Position numbers and translations under genes: made by a program. The notes beneath the pieces were generated by a model that was given only the letters and a program-made list of their open reading frames with translations, did no database searches and was not told the DNA's origin. A DNA stretch of 64,000 nucleotides from Candidatus Latescibacterota bacterium (GTDB taxonomy: Bacteria; Latescibacterota; UBA2968; SICM01), in NCBI GenBank assembly GCA_965217865.1, contig CBDCJO010000002.1, positions 928,001-992,000 of the forward strand. Reading direction: 5' to 3'. Positions 18,211-28,430 of the stretch are shown here, in pieces (within the stretch, counting starts at the first letter, position 1; each line of letters opens with the position of its first letter).

Positions 18211-19446
18211 TTGAGCCATCGAATTTTTCTGATTCTTCCGACCACCACCTACCGGGCAAGTGCATTCCTTAAGGCGGCCCGGAAGTTGGACATAGAGATC
18301 GTTGTGGGATCGGACCGTCGCCAAGCCCTTGCGGATCAGACTCCAGGGAAGAGCCTTGCTCTCGATTTTCAGGACCCGGAGAAGGCCGTCCGTGAGATCG
18401 TCGAATTTTTCAAAGCCGATCCGCCAAAGGCCGTACTTGGGGTGGATGATGATAGCGTCCTCCTCGCATCCATGGCAAGCGAAGCCCTTTCTCTGCCACA
18501 TAACACCGTCGCGGCGATCCTGGCCACCCGCAACAAGTACCGGATGCGGAGCATCACGGAAAAGGCGGGAATTCCATCACCAGACTTTTTCCTTTTCCCG
18601 ATAGACTCCGATCCCGTCTCGGTCTCCCGATCAGTGAAATTTCCTTGCGTCCTCAAACCGCTCTCTCTTTCAACCAGCCGCGGGGTTATCCGGGCGAACA
18701 ATGCGGATGAATTGGAGTCCGCTTTCAAACGGATTGCGAGGATATTATCCGGCAAAAAGACGATTGTGAAAGGGGGCCGAACCGACGATGGCCTCCTGGT
18801 AGAAGACTACATCCCGGGAGCCGAGATCGCCCTGGAAGGAATGCTGTCCCGGGACGGTCTCCGGGTTCTGGCGCTTTTCGACAAGCCGGATCCCCTGGAA
18901 GGACCATTCTTTGAGGAGACCCTCTACATTACGCCATCTCGGCTTGCCGTCACCCTTCAGGATAAGATCAAGGACCGGACGGCTGAGGCCGCCAAGGCGC
19001 TCGGCCTTCGGGATGGCCCGATACACGCCGAATTACGTCTCAACGATGCGGGGGTCTGGATCGTGGAGATCGCCGCCCGTTCGATCGGAGGCCTGTGTTC
19101 CCGGACGTTGCGGTTCGGAACAGGCATGTCCCTTGAAGAAGTGATCCTGCGAAACGCAATCGGCTCACCCGCGGCCTCGATGGAACGGGATGGTGCAGCG
19201 GCCGGTGTGATGATGATGCCCATACCACAGAAGGGATTGTTACGAGGGATTAAGGGATTGGAGGCAGCGAGAATGGTCCCGGATATCGAAGAGATCTCGA
19301 TTACCATCCCGACCAACCAGGCTGTGGTGCCGCTGCCGGAAGGGTCCAGATATCTGGGGTTCATCTTCGCCCGAGGGGAGTCTCCCTCGCTGGTGGAGGA
19401 GGCCCTCCGGGAGTCTTACGGGCAGATCGAGGTGATCATCGAATGA
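18211..19446 (+). CDS. ATP-grasp domain protein
   Basis: Motifs TRNKYRMR, FPCVLKP..LSTSRGVIR, LVEDYIPG.E, FEET, GPIHAELR and EIAARSIGG; TTG start. Confidence 0.88.
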   Translation: MSHRIFLILPTTTYRASAFLKAARKLDIEIVVGSDRRQALADQTPGKSLALDFQDPEKAVREIVEFFKADPPKAVLGVDDDSVLLASMASEALSLPHNTVAAILATRNKYRMRSITEKAGIPSPDFFLFPIDSDPVSVSRSVKFPCVLKPLSLSTSRGVIRANNADELESAFKRIARILSGKKTIVKGGRTDDGLLVEDYIPGAEIALEGMLSRDGLRVLALFDKPDPLEGPFFEETLYITPSRLAVTLQDKIKDRTAEAAKALGLRDGPIHAELRLNDAGVWIVEIAARSIGGLCSRTLRFGTGMSLEEVILRNAIGSPAASMERDGAAAGVMMMPIPQKGLLRGIKGLEAARMVPDIEEISITIPTNQAVVPLPEGSRYLGFIFARGESPSLVEEALRESYGQIEVIIE

Positions 19447-19482
19447 ACGGAAGGGAAAGTGAGGAGAGAACTTGCACGGGGT

Positions 19483-20889
19483 TTAAACAAGAGCAAACTG
19501 CTCTTCGGAGGGTTCCGCTCAGCAGTACCACGGTTCCGTCATGTACGGAATCGTAACGGGTGAACGCTTAAAATACGGGTCGGGCAATGACTCCGACCGA
19601 TGTAGGGCTTTCTGCACACAGGTCCAGATGGTATCGAAAACATCCCTTCGACAGGCATTCCCCGCCTGTCCTTCGCAAATCAGGTTCCTGACATCGTGGT
19701 AGAGCCGGTCCACCCCAGGATCCTGATGGCTCCAATCATAACTCAGTCGCTCCTCTTCAAAAGGACCCATCAAGGACCTGACTTCAGGTAGCTCCAGAAG
19801 TTTGGAATGTGCGGGGATCAACAATCGTATCGCCAGCTGTATCGGAGATACGGAATCGATCAGATCGAGAGTCGTCAACAACTCCAACAGCTCCAGATAG
19901 CCGTCGAGGGTTATCCACGGAGAGAATGGGACAAAGGTGGGGTTCAAGTTGAGACCGAGGTGGTTAAAAATCTTTACGACCCCGATAAAGTCCTCCCGGG
20001 TATGGCCTTTGTCCAATATCGCGAGCACCCTGTCATCTATCGATTCTACGGCCGTTGTCACCATCGCGCAACCCGTTTCACGCAGGGTTGGGAGATGCTT
20101 GGTGTATTTCAGCAGGTGCTCGACTTTGATCGTAACATCGTAGGAAACGGCTGGAAATTCTTCGTGAAGGGCTTGGATGAGGGGGATGGCGTGGCCGATG
20201 CCGTTGAAGAAATCAGGATCACCAAATGTGATGTGCTCCGCGCCTGCCTCCACCTGTTGTCGAATGTCCTGAAGGACAACCTCGGACTGGACGATACGGA
20301 ATTTCCCTCGATAGACCGGCACGATCGGGCAGTGACGACAGAGGTGTTTACACCCTCGGCTGGCCTCAACATAACCGACCGTTCTGGACTGCTGTTCTCC
20401 GACGTGAAGTCTCGCATAATGGGACAGGGGGGGAAGTCCCTGCCGATCCGGCACAATAAACTCCTGACGTCGGATTGAAATCAACGGTTCCAACTGCCCT
20501 TCAGGAGGTTCCTGATCTCCGGAGTCGAGCAGCCGTCTGCAAAGGCTGGCCAATCCCTCCTCGAATTCCCCTCCGAGAATGGTATCCGCTCCTGTACGCC
20601 GCAGGTGGGCCTGATTCATCGGGGCATACAGGCCGTAGCAGCAGATATGTGCACGGGGATTGAGACTTTTTACTTTGGGGATGAGGAGCACTGTGAGCCG
20701 GGTGGCGGTGTGCATCGGAACGAAGAACGCCACCATGTCCGAACCTTCAATCCTGCGCTGAGGAAAGTCATCGACGGACAAGTCCGCACAGATAACATCT
20801 ACACCCTCGGCTCTGAGCCAAGCAGCCGGGGATGCCAGACCAAATGGCTGTCGGCCCAGCTCATACGTCGAGATCAGGAGAACTTTCAA
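19483..20889 (-). CDS. CUAEP-tail B12-binding radical SAM selenoprotein (TGA at 19519-19521 read as Sec)
   Basis: N-terminal cobalamin-binding-like domain and SRGCKHLCRHC. The frame continues past TGA: MTEPWYC-U-AEPSEEQFALV-TAA (19483). Likely TTG start at 20889; the ORF track starts at 20970. Confidence 0.85.
19489..19505 (-). promoter_or_regulatory. Putative bacterial SECIS hairpin
   Basis: AAGAGCA-GTT-TGCTCTT starts 13 nt after the UGA, with G at the start of the apical loop. Confidence 0.6.
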
Positions 20890-20929
20890 CGGTGGGCTTG
20901 CGGTATCGCTAGGCTGGTTATGCGGGGGA

Positions 20930-21511
20930 TTACTTGGATGGCTGATAATAGGGATTGTTCCCACTCGCATGGTCTGTCACATCGAAGACTTCGGTGATTT
21001 CCGGAACGGATTCCTTGATCATCACTTCGATCCCCTGTTTCAGAGTGACATCAACCATGCCACAGCCCTGGCATCCGCCTCCAAGTTGGAGGAAGACGAC
21101 ATTGTCTTTGATGTCGATCAGGGAAACGTACCCGCCGTGGTTGGCCACACCCGGATTGATCTTCTCATCGATCACGGTCTGCACTCTCTGGGCGATAGGT
21201 CCTGACAAATTTTGTGGAAGTTTTTTCGGGGCATCTATCTTGAACCCGCTGGCCATGTCTTCCTCGACGTAGTCAACCGTCGCTTCTTCGAGATGCTGGA
21301 GGCTATCGGGATCGATGTAGAGGTCGAAACCCTCGAAATTTACGACGGTGTCCACCTGCTCTTCCTGGCCATCGAGAATGAATGCGAGCTGGTAATTTAC
21401 TTTTAGGGGCGACTGGGCCTCGGCCTTGATACGCAACCCTTTCACGGGTTTCCCGGTGTCCGCGATGAGTTGGACGATCTTTGTTTTTGCCGCCTCGGTG
21501 ATTGTGACCAT
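20930..21511 (-). CDS. nfuA: Fe-S cluster carrier NfuA (degenerate A-type domain plus NifU-C domain)
   Basis: Cys-less ATC-like N-domain (ITEAA...GLRI...ATVDY), then INPGVANHGG and LGGGCQGC. Confidence 0.9.
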   Translation of the reverse strand: MVTITEAAKTKIVQLIADTGKPVKGLRIKAEAQSPLKVNYQLAFILDGQEEQVDTVVNFEGFDLYIDPDSLQHLEEATVDYVEEDMASGFKIDAPKKLPQNLSGPIAQRVQTVIDEKINPGVANHGGYVSLIDIKDNVVFLQLGGGCQGCGMVDVTLKQGIEVMIKESVPEITEVFDVTDHASGNNPYYQPSK

Positions 21512-21809
21512 CCCAAACCTCCTGTGGGGTCTAAGAAGCCGTTGACTCCGTGGGTTCCCAATGTTATATATTTACTATATTTTTCTTTCTTGTCAACTAT
21601 TTAGTCATGCAGGGCCTCACCGGAAGGCGGAAATTATTTAAAATGCGGTTGTAAATTCGGATCGGCCTGCATTTTCCACGTGCGCGGTGCGGAATTGGAA
21701 TGTATATTATGGCTGGGTTTACCCGGGAACTGATTGATTCAGCCCAATTTGAAATCAAATTGAGACGTTATGGATTTAGCATCACCACACCAAGGAGAGA
21801 TAAAGCATC

Positions 21810-22073
21810 ATGTGGGGTTGGTTTCGGAGGATTTTTCAAGGCGGTTCTCTCACTTCTTCCCCTCCACTTCTACAAGGCACGATCAAGCGGATTATTCGGG
21901 ATAGGGGATTTGGGTTCATTCGAACGAGTGGAGGAAAAGAGGTCTTCTTTCACAGATCAGCGCTGATTGACGTGAATTTGGGATCTCTTTCGGAAGGGCA
22001 GAGCGTCGAATTTGAGGTGGAGGAAGGTCCAAAGGGTCCCAGGGCTTCCAGGGTTCGTGCGGTTGACCATTAA
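21810..22073 (+). CDS. Cold-shock domain protein with N-terminal extension
   Basis: RNP1 RGFGFI, RNP2 VFFH and EGQSVEFEVEEGPKGPRA; RBS AAGGAG upstream. Confidence 0.88.
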   Translation: MWGWFRRIFQGGSLTSSPPLLQGTIKRIIRDRGFGFIRTSGGKEVFFHRSALIDVNLGSLSEGQSVEFEVEEGPKGPRASRVRAVDH

Positions 22074-23185
22074 TGGCTTAGGATCTCCTTTGCGAATGAT
22101 TTAAGGATTTCCACGATCCTTTCTGCAACGTTTCCATCCCATAAGTCGGGAACTCCTCCCTCTTTGTAACACCCATCGAGTACCCGGAAGGCCTCTCGAA
22201 TGATTATATCCGGTTCTGAACCGACCAGGGTATTTGTCCCCACCGAGATGGTCTCCGGACGTTCGGTATTTTCACGAACCGTTAGACACGGGATGCCCAG
22301 GCAGGTTGTCTCCTCTTGTATTCCGCCGGAATCTGTAATCACGAGGCGGGCTTCTTTCTGGAGTTTGATGGATTCGACATAACCGACCGGTTCGGTCGTA
22401 ATCAGGTTGGGCATCTGATCGATATCTTTTTGCAAGCCGTGTGTCTCCAATGCCAAACGGGTCCTGGGGTGCAATGAGAAGAGGAGAGGGATGCGCTTCT
22501 GGATATCGCTGAGGGCAGACAGGATCGCTTTCAGTTTTTCCGGATGGTCGACATTGGATGGACGGTGGAGGGTGACGAAGCCATAGTCTTGGGGGTGGAC
22601 CCCCAAAGTAGACAGGACGGGCGAGTTTTCGGCAGCTTCCATGGTGTTGAAGAGTGTATCGACCATCACGTTTCCCACACGGTGGATCTTCTCCGGAGGG
22701 ATCCCTTCTCGGGTCAAGTTTGCCCCTGCCTCTTCCGAGGTGGTGAGGAGGAGGTCCGATAGCGTGTCCGTTATCATCCGGTTGATCTCTTCGGGCATCC
22801 TCCTGTCGAAGCTGCGAAGGCCCGCCTCTACGTGTGCGACCGGGATATGGAGCATCGCACCGCAGAGCGCACAGGCGAGGGTCGCGTTGACGTCGCCAAC
22901 GACCAGAATGAGATCGGTTTTTTGATCGTTCAGGATTTTTTCAAAGGCCATCATCGTTTTTGCGGTCTGAACCGCTTGTGTTCCAGATCCGATCCCCAGA
23001 TGGTGGTCCGGTTCGGGAAGTTCCAGGTCGCGGAAAAAGATAGCGGACATCTGCCAGTCGTAGTGTTGATCCGTGTGAACAAAGGAAGGTAAAAACGCAT
23101 CCGGGTCCTTTCTAAGGGCCCGGAGGATCGGGGCAATTTTCATAAAGTTTGGCCGCGCACCCGCGACGAGGGTGATGCTCAGCAT
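22070..23185 (-). CDS. wecB: UDP-N-acetylglucosamine 2-epimerase (non-hydrolysing)
   Basis: Motifs GARPNFMK, HVEAGLRS, MPEEINR, TLHRPSNVD, TDSGGIQEE and TERP. Confidence 0.95.
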   Translation of the reverse strand: MLSITLVAGARPNFMKIAPILRALRKDPDAFLPSFVHTDQHYDWQMSAIFFRDLELPEPDHHLGIGSGTQAVQTAKTMMAFEKILNDQKTDLILVVGDVNATLACALCGAMLHIPVAHVEAGLRSFDRRMPEEINRMITDTLSDLLLTTSEEAGANLTREGIPPEKIHRVGNVMVDTLFNTMEAAENSPVLSTLGVHPQDYGFVTLHRPSNVDHPEKLKAILSALSDIQKRIPLLFSLHPRTRLALETHGLQKDIDQMPNLITTEPVGYVESIKLQKEARLVITDSGGIQEETTCLGIPCLTVRENTERPETISVGTNTLVGSEPDIIIREAFRVLDGCYKEGGVPDLWDGNVAERIVEILKSFAKEILSH

Positions 23186-23343
23186 GAAGTGCGGTCCTTT
23201 GGTGTTGAATGAGCCGTTAGCTGGACGGTCCGTGCAGCCTTTTCTTTTGAGACCGGTTGTACCATAGGCAAAAATGGATTAAAAGCAAAAAAATTTGCGT
23301 TAAACAGCCCAAGATGTCAAGTTCATAACAGGTCGGAGGTTTC

Positions 23344-23688
23344 ATGGCTGATAAAGCCCTTATGTCGGTTCTGATGCCCGTTATGCTTGCCCTGTGCGTC
23401 CTGGCCTGCCAGGGGGCCGGTGCACGCGAGTCTAAGATCAAAGTGGACAGTGTGGTATGCGGCATGTGCGAGAAGACGGTAAAGACCGCGCTCGGGGATG
23501 TGGAGGGGGTCCATCAGGTCGCCGTCGATATGGATGAAAAGGTAGTTACAGTAAAGTATGACGAGTCCAAGGTCCTCCTCAAAGAGTTGGAAAAGGCTAT
23601 CGCGACGGTTGGTTATAATGCGAACGACACAAAGGCGGAGCCAGAAGCCTATGCCGATCTCCCGATGTGTTGTAAAATAAACGGTTAA
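23344..23688 (+). CDS. Heavy-metal-associated (HMA) domain lipoprotein
   Basis: Signal peptide with lipobox VLAC, CGMC metal motif and C-terminal AY..LPMCCK; RBS GGAGG. Confidence 0.85.
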   Translation: MADKALMSVLMPVMLALCVLACQGAGARESKIKVDSVVCGMCEKTVKTALGDVEGVHQVAVDMDEKVVTVKYDESKVLLKELEKAIATVGYNANDTKAEPEAYADLPMCCKING

Positions 23689-23750
23689 AGAGCTAAGAGG
23701 AAACCTGTTTTGCCGAATTTTGCAATCCTGTATAAGGTACAGGAGATTCG

Positions 23751-25460
23751 ATGAATATTCCGACCCATGACGTCCTGGTTGTGGGAGGGGGTGGTGCAGG
23801 TTTGCGGGCCGCCATCGCTTCGGTCGAAGCTAACGATCGCATCAGTGTCGGGGTGGTGTCCAAGGTCTATCCCATGCGGAGCCACACGGTTTCGGCCGAG
23901 GGGGGGACAGCTGCGGTGATGCGGGAGGACGACGATCTGGACTCGCATGCGTACGACACCATCAAAGGAAGTGATTTTCTGGCGGACCAGGATGTGGTGG
24001 AGACTTTTGTTAAAGAGGCCCGGGATGAGGTGATTCAGATGGAGCACTGGGGTTGTCCCTGGAGTCGGGATCCCGACGGTCGTGTGAGCGTGAGGGCTTT
24101 CGGGGGTATGAGTGTGAAGCGGACACTGTTCGCCGCGGATAAGACGGGGTTCCACATGCTGCACACCCTATTCCAGACCTCCATGAAGTATGAACGCATC
24201 AGGCGATACGATGAGTGGTTTGTGACGTCTCTAATCCTGGAGGATGATAAAATATGCGGTGTGGTGGCTCTGAACCTCCTTTCGGGGGGTATTCACGCCA
24301 TACCGGCGAAGGCCGTTATCATTTGCACAGGGGGGGCCGGAAGGATCTTTCCATTCACCACGAATGCAGCCATCAAGACCGGAGACGGAATGGCGCTGGC
24401 CTATCGGGCGGGGTGCGCGTTGAAAGACCTGGAATTCGTTCAATATCACCCCACCGGTCTCCCCGGCACGGGGATCCTCATGACAGAGGCCTCAAGGGGA
24501 GAGGGCGGCTATCTGCACAACAACAAAGGTGAGCGATATTTGAGCGAGTATGTCCCCGGAAAGATGGAGTTGGGCCCCAGGGATATCCTTTCCCGCGCAT
24601 TTATCCACGAAACGAGGGAGGGGAGGGTCTTTGAGGGCCCCCACGGGACGTATGTCCATCTGGATTTGCGACATCTCGGGGAAAGGACCATCGACGAGAA
24701 GCTGCCATTTGTGAGGGAGCTCACCCGAAACTATGTGGGGATCGATCCGGTCTACGAGCCGATTCCGGTCAGGCCGGTGGTTCATTACATGATGGGTGGC
24801 GTGCATACGGATATCCACGGGGCGACACCCATTCACGGCTTGTATGCAGCGGGGGAGGCCGCCTGTGTGACCATGAACGGTGCGAATCGCCTGGGGTCCA
24901 ATTCCCTCTCCGAGTGTCTCGTCTTCGGGGCAAGGGCCGGTCGGGCGGCGGCAGATTATTCGGAGGGGCAGGGCCCTCCCGATAGCCTCATCCTGGGAAA
25001 GATTACCGAAGCGGAAAGAAACCGAATCGAAACGGATTACCTTCATCGGCAAAACGGGAAAGACCGAGTGGCCGATATCCGAAACGAGCTGCAGGCCTCC
25101 CTGGAGAAGGGAGCGGGTATATTCCGTGAAGATGGAGAAATCAAACAAACGTGCGAAACGATTCGAGGACTCAAAGAACGCTTTGAGCGGGTCGGGCTGG
25201 ATGATCGGTCAGGGGTTTTCAATACGGAACTCATCTCTGCCCTCGAACTGGGATATATGCTTGACGTCGCCGAAGCCCTCGCCCATTCAGCCCTTTTGAG
25301 ACAAGAATCGAGAGGATCCCACGCCCGTTCGGATTTCGAAGAACGAGACGACGATCGTTTTCTCAATCATTCTCTTGCGTATCGGACGCCAGATGGACCC
25401 CGTATCGAATACCTGCCGGTGTCGATCACCCGATGGCAACCTGAAGAGCGGAAATATTAG
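23751..25460 (+). CDS. frdA: Fumarate reductase/succinate dehydrogenase flavoprotein subunit
   Basis: Motifs [16 protein letters not shown] (covalent FAD His), [22 protein letters not shown] and ESRGSH. Confidence 0.93.
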   Translation: MNIPTHDVLVVGGGGAGLRAAIASVEANDRISVGVVSKVYPMRSHTVSAEGGTAAVMREDDDLDSHAYDTIKGSDFLADQDVVETFVKEARDEVIQMEHWGCPWSRDPDGRVSVRAFGGMSVKRTLFAADKTGFHMLHTLFQTSMKYERIRRYDEWFVTSLILEDDKICGVVALNLLSGGIHAIPAKAVIICTGGAGRIFPFTTNAAIKTGDGMALAYRAGCALKDLEFVQYHPTGLPGTGILMTEASRGEGGYLHNNKGERYLSEYVPGKMELGPRDILSRAFIHETREGRVFEGPHGTYVHLDLRHLGERTIDEKLPFVRELTRNYVGIDPVYEPIPVRPVVHYMMGGVHTDIHGATPIHGLYAAGEAACVTMNGANRLGSNSLSECLVFGARAGRAAADYSEGQGPPDSLILGKITEAERNRIETDYLHRQNGKDRVADIRNELQASLEKGAGIFREDGEIKQTCETIRGLKERFERVGLDDRSGVFNTELISALELGYMLDVAEALAHSALLRQESRGSHARSDFEERDDDRFLNHSLAYRTPDGPRIEYLPVSITRWQPEERKY

Positions 25461-25483
25461 AGTGAAAGAAAGAAAGGGCACGC

Positions 25484-26230
25484 ATGAGCACTAAGACCAT
25501 CACCTTGAAGGTGACGCGATATCGGCCGGAACAGGAGGAGGCCCCGACAGAGCAATCCTATCAAATCCCGTATCGGGATGATTGGGTTGTCCTCGACGCC
25601 CTCAACTATGTCAAAGATCGGGTTGACGGTACCCTATCATATCGCTGGTCCTGCCGGATGGGGGTGTGCGGAAGTTGTGGTATGATGGTCAACGGAGAAC
25701 CTAAACTGACGTGTTCCGCCTTCCTGAAGGATTACTATCCGGACGAGGTACGGGTTGAGCCGCTCGTCAATTTTCCGATCGTTAGGGATCTTGTGATCGA
25801 TATGACGGACTTTATGAATAAGCTCAAGGCCGTGAAACCATGGGTCATGCGACAGCGGGAGAAACCCGTGACAGAAGGAGAGCATCTCCAATCACCGGCT
25901 CAGCTAAAGACTTTCAAACAATTTAGCATGTGCATCAACTGTATGCTTTGTTATGCCGCGTGTCCGGTCTACGGCCTGGAGCCTGAGTTCATCGGGCCCG
26001 CCGCCATCGCCCTGGCGCACCGATACAATATCGACTCCAGGGACGAGGGTTGGGAAGAAAGAAAGCCGATCGTCGCGAGCAGCGAGGGGATCTGGGAGTG
26101 TACCTACATCGGCGAGTGCAGTGTGGTCTGTCCTAAGGAGGTAGATCCTGCGGCGGCCATCCAGCGAACCAAGGTTGCGACGACCACGGACTGGGTCAAG
26201 TCGATTCTCTTGCCGTGGGGGAGAAGTTGA
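25484..26230 (+). CDS. frdB: Fumarate reductase iron-sulfur subunit
   Basis: Cys motifs [23 protein letters not shown] and [12 protein letters not shown]. Confidence 0.93.
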   Translation: MSTKTITLKVTRYRPEQEEAPTEQSYQIPYRDDWVVLDALNYVKDRVDGTLSYRWSCRMGVCGSCGMMVNGEPKLTCSAFLKDYYPDEVRVEPLVNFPIVRDLVIDMTDFMNKLKAVKPWVMRQREKPVTEGEHLQSPAQLKTFKQFSMCINCMLCYAACPVYGLEPEFIGPAAIALAHRYNIDSRDEGWEERKPIVASSEGIWECTYIGECSVVCPKEVDPAAAIQRTKVATTTDWVKSILLPWGRS

Positions 26231-26640
26231 TGGAGATGGAATCCGAATACAGGTACCGGACCTATAACCGTCCGATACCCGCCACTTGGTGGCTGCGCAA
26301 CCGCAGGTATTTTTTGTTTATGATACGGGAACTGACCAGCGTGTTTGTCGCTCTGTTCGTCCTGTTGTATCTCTACGAAATCTTTTTGTTGACCAAGGGG
26401 CCGGCCGTGTACGGAAAGTTCCAGGAATCCCTGCGGTCGGGCCCGTTCATCGCGTTTTATGTTATCGTCCTCCTCTTCGCAATCTTCCACAGCATCACGT
26501 GGCTGGGTTTGGTCCCCAAGATTCAGATCGTCCGTCTAGGCCGTATGACGGTCCCTCCGATTTTGGTCGCAGTGGGCTCGTATATCGCCTGGATCGTCGC
26601 CTCGGCCGTCGTCGCCACTTTTTTCTTTACCCTGACGTGA
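26230..26640 (+). CDS. frdC: Fumarate reductase membrane anchor C
   Basis: Motifs Y.R....TWW....Y..FMIRELTSV and FHSITW; three TMs; TGATG overlap with frdB. Confidence 0.9.
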   Translation: MEMESEYRYRTYNRPIPATWWLRNRRYFLFMIRELTSVFVALFVLLYLYEIFLLTKGPAVYGKFQESLRSGPFIAFYVIVLLFAIFHSITWLGLVPKIQIVRLGRMTVPPILVAVGSYIAWIVASAVVATFFFTLT

Positions 26641-26651
26641 GAGGCTGAATC

Positions 26652-27011
26652 GTGTACAAACAGAATAAAAGCGAACCGTTTTGGTGGGGGATGTTTTCCC
26701 TGGGAGGGGTTGTGGCTGCGCTCCTGGTGCCGATCCATATCTTCCTCGACGGTCTGGCCGTGCCACTGGGTCTGTTGGAGGAAGATACCCTGGGTTACGA
26801 GCGGATGCGAGCCTTGATCTCGCATCCGCTTGCAAAGATCTATCTTTCTGTACTGGTGATCCTCCCCCTCTATCACGCCGCCCACAGGATCCGCTTTTCC
26901 CTCTACGAACTGGGAATCAGGGAGTTCCGGCTCTCCATGGATGCCCTCTGTTACGGCGGGGCGCTCGTAGGGACGGCGATCGCAGGATATATCTTGTGGG
27001 GCCTTTTATAA
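26652..27011 (+). CDS. frdD: Fumarate reductase membrane anchor D
   Basis: Motifs SEPFWWGMFSLGGVVAA, PLG and LPLYHAAHRIR. Confidence 0.9.
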   Translation: MYKQNKSEPFWWGMFSLGGVVAALLVPIHIFLDGLAVPLGLLEEDTLGYERMRALISHPLAKIYLSVLVILPLYHAAHRIRFSLYELGIREFRLSMDALCYGGALVGTAIAGYILWGLL

Positions 27012-27056
27012 GACCGGTTCTCGTGCTTCGTGCCCGATGTCAGAACGCCAGATCTC

Positions 27057-27088
27057 AAAAAAGCCCGGTTGATCCGCCGGGCTTTTTT
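27057..27088. terminator. Bidirectional intrinsic terminator between the frd and sdh operons
   Basis: AAAAAA-GCCCGG-TTGATCCG-CCGGGC-TTTTTT. Confidence 0.85.
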
Positions 27089-27128
27089 CCTTATGGGTCC
27101 ACGCATAACGTGTGGGATTCTTGGATGA

Positions 27129-27623
27129 TCACTCCAAGGGTTGTTCGGCTTGATCCGGGGGTCTCTCTTTAAGATTTCGATCCATAATGGTACGGGCGCA
27201 GGTATTCCAACGGAGGACTGCGTCCTCGTCGCCGGGGCGATGTACCTTCTCCGCTTTTTCGAACCAGTCCATTGCTTCGCGCAGAAGATCGAATGCATCA
27301 AATCCGGAGCCGGGATATCCTCTATTAAGTCTGGCCTTGGCCTGCCGTTCATAGATGATCCCGGTATAGTAGGCCCGCTGATAGTCGTCGTGCAGCCTTG
27401 GGATCAATTCCATGGGTTGAATTATCCCGATGTTCGCCTGTCCAAACTGGTCGGTAAAAGCCAAAATCAGCCCGATGAGCGCCTGCTGATTTTCGGGATC
27501 TATATTCAGGATGTCCTGACTGATGCTCACCGCGACCGCGGGCTCGTTGAGGAGTCTGTAGCGTTCGACCCGCTCGAGAGCGTGAGGAATGGCTTCTTTT
27601 GAAATGGTTTTGATCTCGAACAT
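27129..27623 (-). CDS. Hypothetical helical (TPR-like) protein at the end of the sdh operon
   Basis: Protein-like 164-aa ORF co-oriented 51 bp after sdhB; RYRLLNEP, YYTGIIYERQAKA and A.LRWNTCAR. Confidence 0.75.
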   Translation of the reverse strand: MFEIKTISKEAIPHALERVERYRLLNEPAVAVSISQDILNIDPENQQALIGLILAFTDQFGQANIGIIQPMELIPRLHDDYQRAYYTGIIYERQAKARLNRGYPGSGFDAFDLLREAMDWFEKAEKVHRPGDEDAVLRWNTCARTIMDRNLKERPPDQAEQPLE

Positions 27624-27674
27624 TACTTATCCCACGTGTAGGTTCAGGTCGGGTTACCTCCGGACGATGGTCCG

Positions 27675-28430
27675 CTATATCTGAAGTACCGCCCTTATAT
27701 ATTCCCGATTGAGAAAAGCGATGTGTGAAACGGATATCTCTTTGGGGCAGACCGCTTCGCACTCGTATTCATTGGTGCAGTTTCCAAAGCCTTCGGCCTT
27801 CATGGATTCTACGAGGGACAAAACCCTTCTGCGACGCTCGGATTTCCCCTGGGGGAGTATGCCCAGATGTTTCACTTTTGCCCCGACAAAGAGCATGGCC
27901 GCGGCGTTCTTGCACGAGGCCACACAAGCTCCACAACCAATGCAGGCAGCGGCATCCATGGCTTCTTCGCCCGTTTCCTGAGGGATCAGGACGGCGTTGC
28001 CGTCCGGAGCCGAACCGGTGTTCACCGAGACATAACCGCCGGTCTGCAATATTCGATCGAAGGCCGAGCGATCAACAACCAGATCCTTCACGACCGGAAA
28101 TGCCGCCGCGTGCCAAGGTTCGATATGAATGGTTTCCCCTTCATTAAAACTCCGCATGAAGAGCTGGCAGGTGGTGGTCCCCTTCCCCGGGCCGTGGGCA
28201 ACGCCGTTGATGACAAGACCGCAGGTGCCGCAGATCCCTTCCCGACAATCGCTGTCAAAAGCGACAGGGTCTTCCCCCTTCAATGCCAACCGCTCATTCA
28301 GCACATCCAGCATCTCCAGGAAGGACATGCCCGGAGATACATCGGTTGCCGGGTAAACGACCATTTTCCCTTTATCCAGAGCATCCTTCTGTCGCCAGAT
28401 CCTGAGCATAAAATTCATGCCCTTGCTCAC
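27675..28430 (-). CDS. sdhB: Succinate dehydrogenase iron-sulfur subunit
   Basis: Cys motifs [21 protein letters not shown] and [15 protein letters not shown]. Start is GTG 28430 (overlapping the sdhA stop) or ATG 28418. Confidence 0.92.
   Translation of the reverse strand: MSKGMNFMLRIWRQKDALDKGKMVVYPATDVSPGMSFLEMLDVLNERLALKGEDPVAFDSDCREGICGTCGLVINGVAHGPGKGTTTCQLFMRSFNEGETIHIEPWHAAAFPVVKDLVVDRSAFDRILQTGGYVSVNTGSAPDGNAVLIPQETGEEAMDAAACIGCGACVASCKNAAAMLFVGAKVKHLGILPQGKSERRRRVLSLVESMKAEGFGNCTNEYECEAVCPKEISVSHIAFLNREYIRAVLQI

Noticed and set aside
21590-21610. IscR/Rrf2-like palindrome (TGACTAAATAGTTGA on the minus strand) upstream of nfuA
   Set aside because: The context is attractive, but the spacing and flanks deviate from the IscR type 1 motif; too weak to call.
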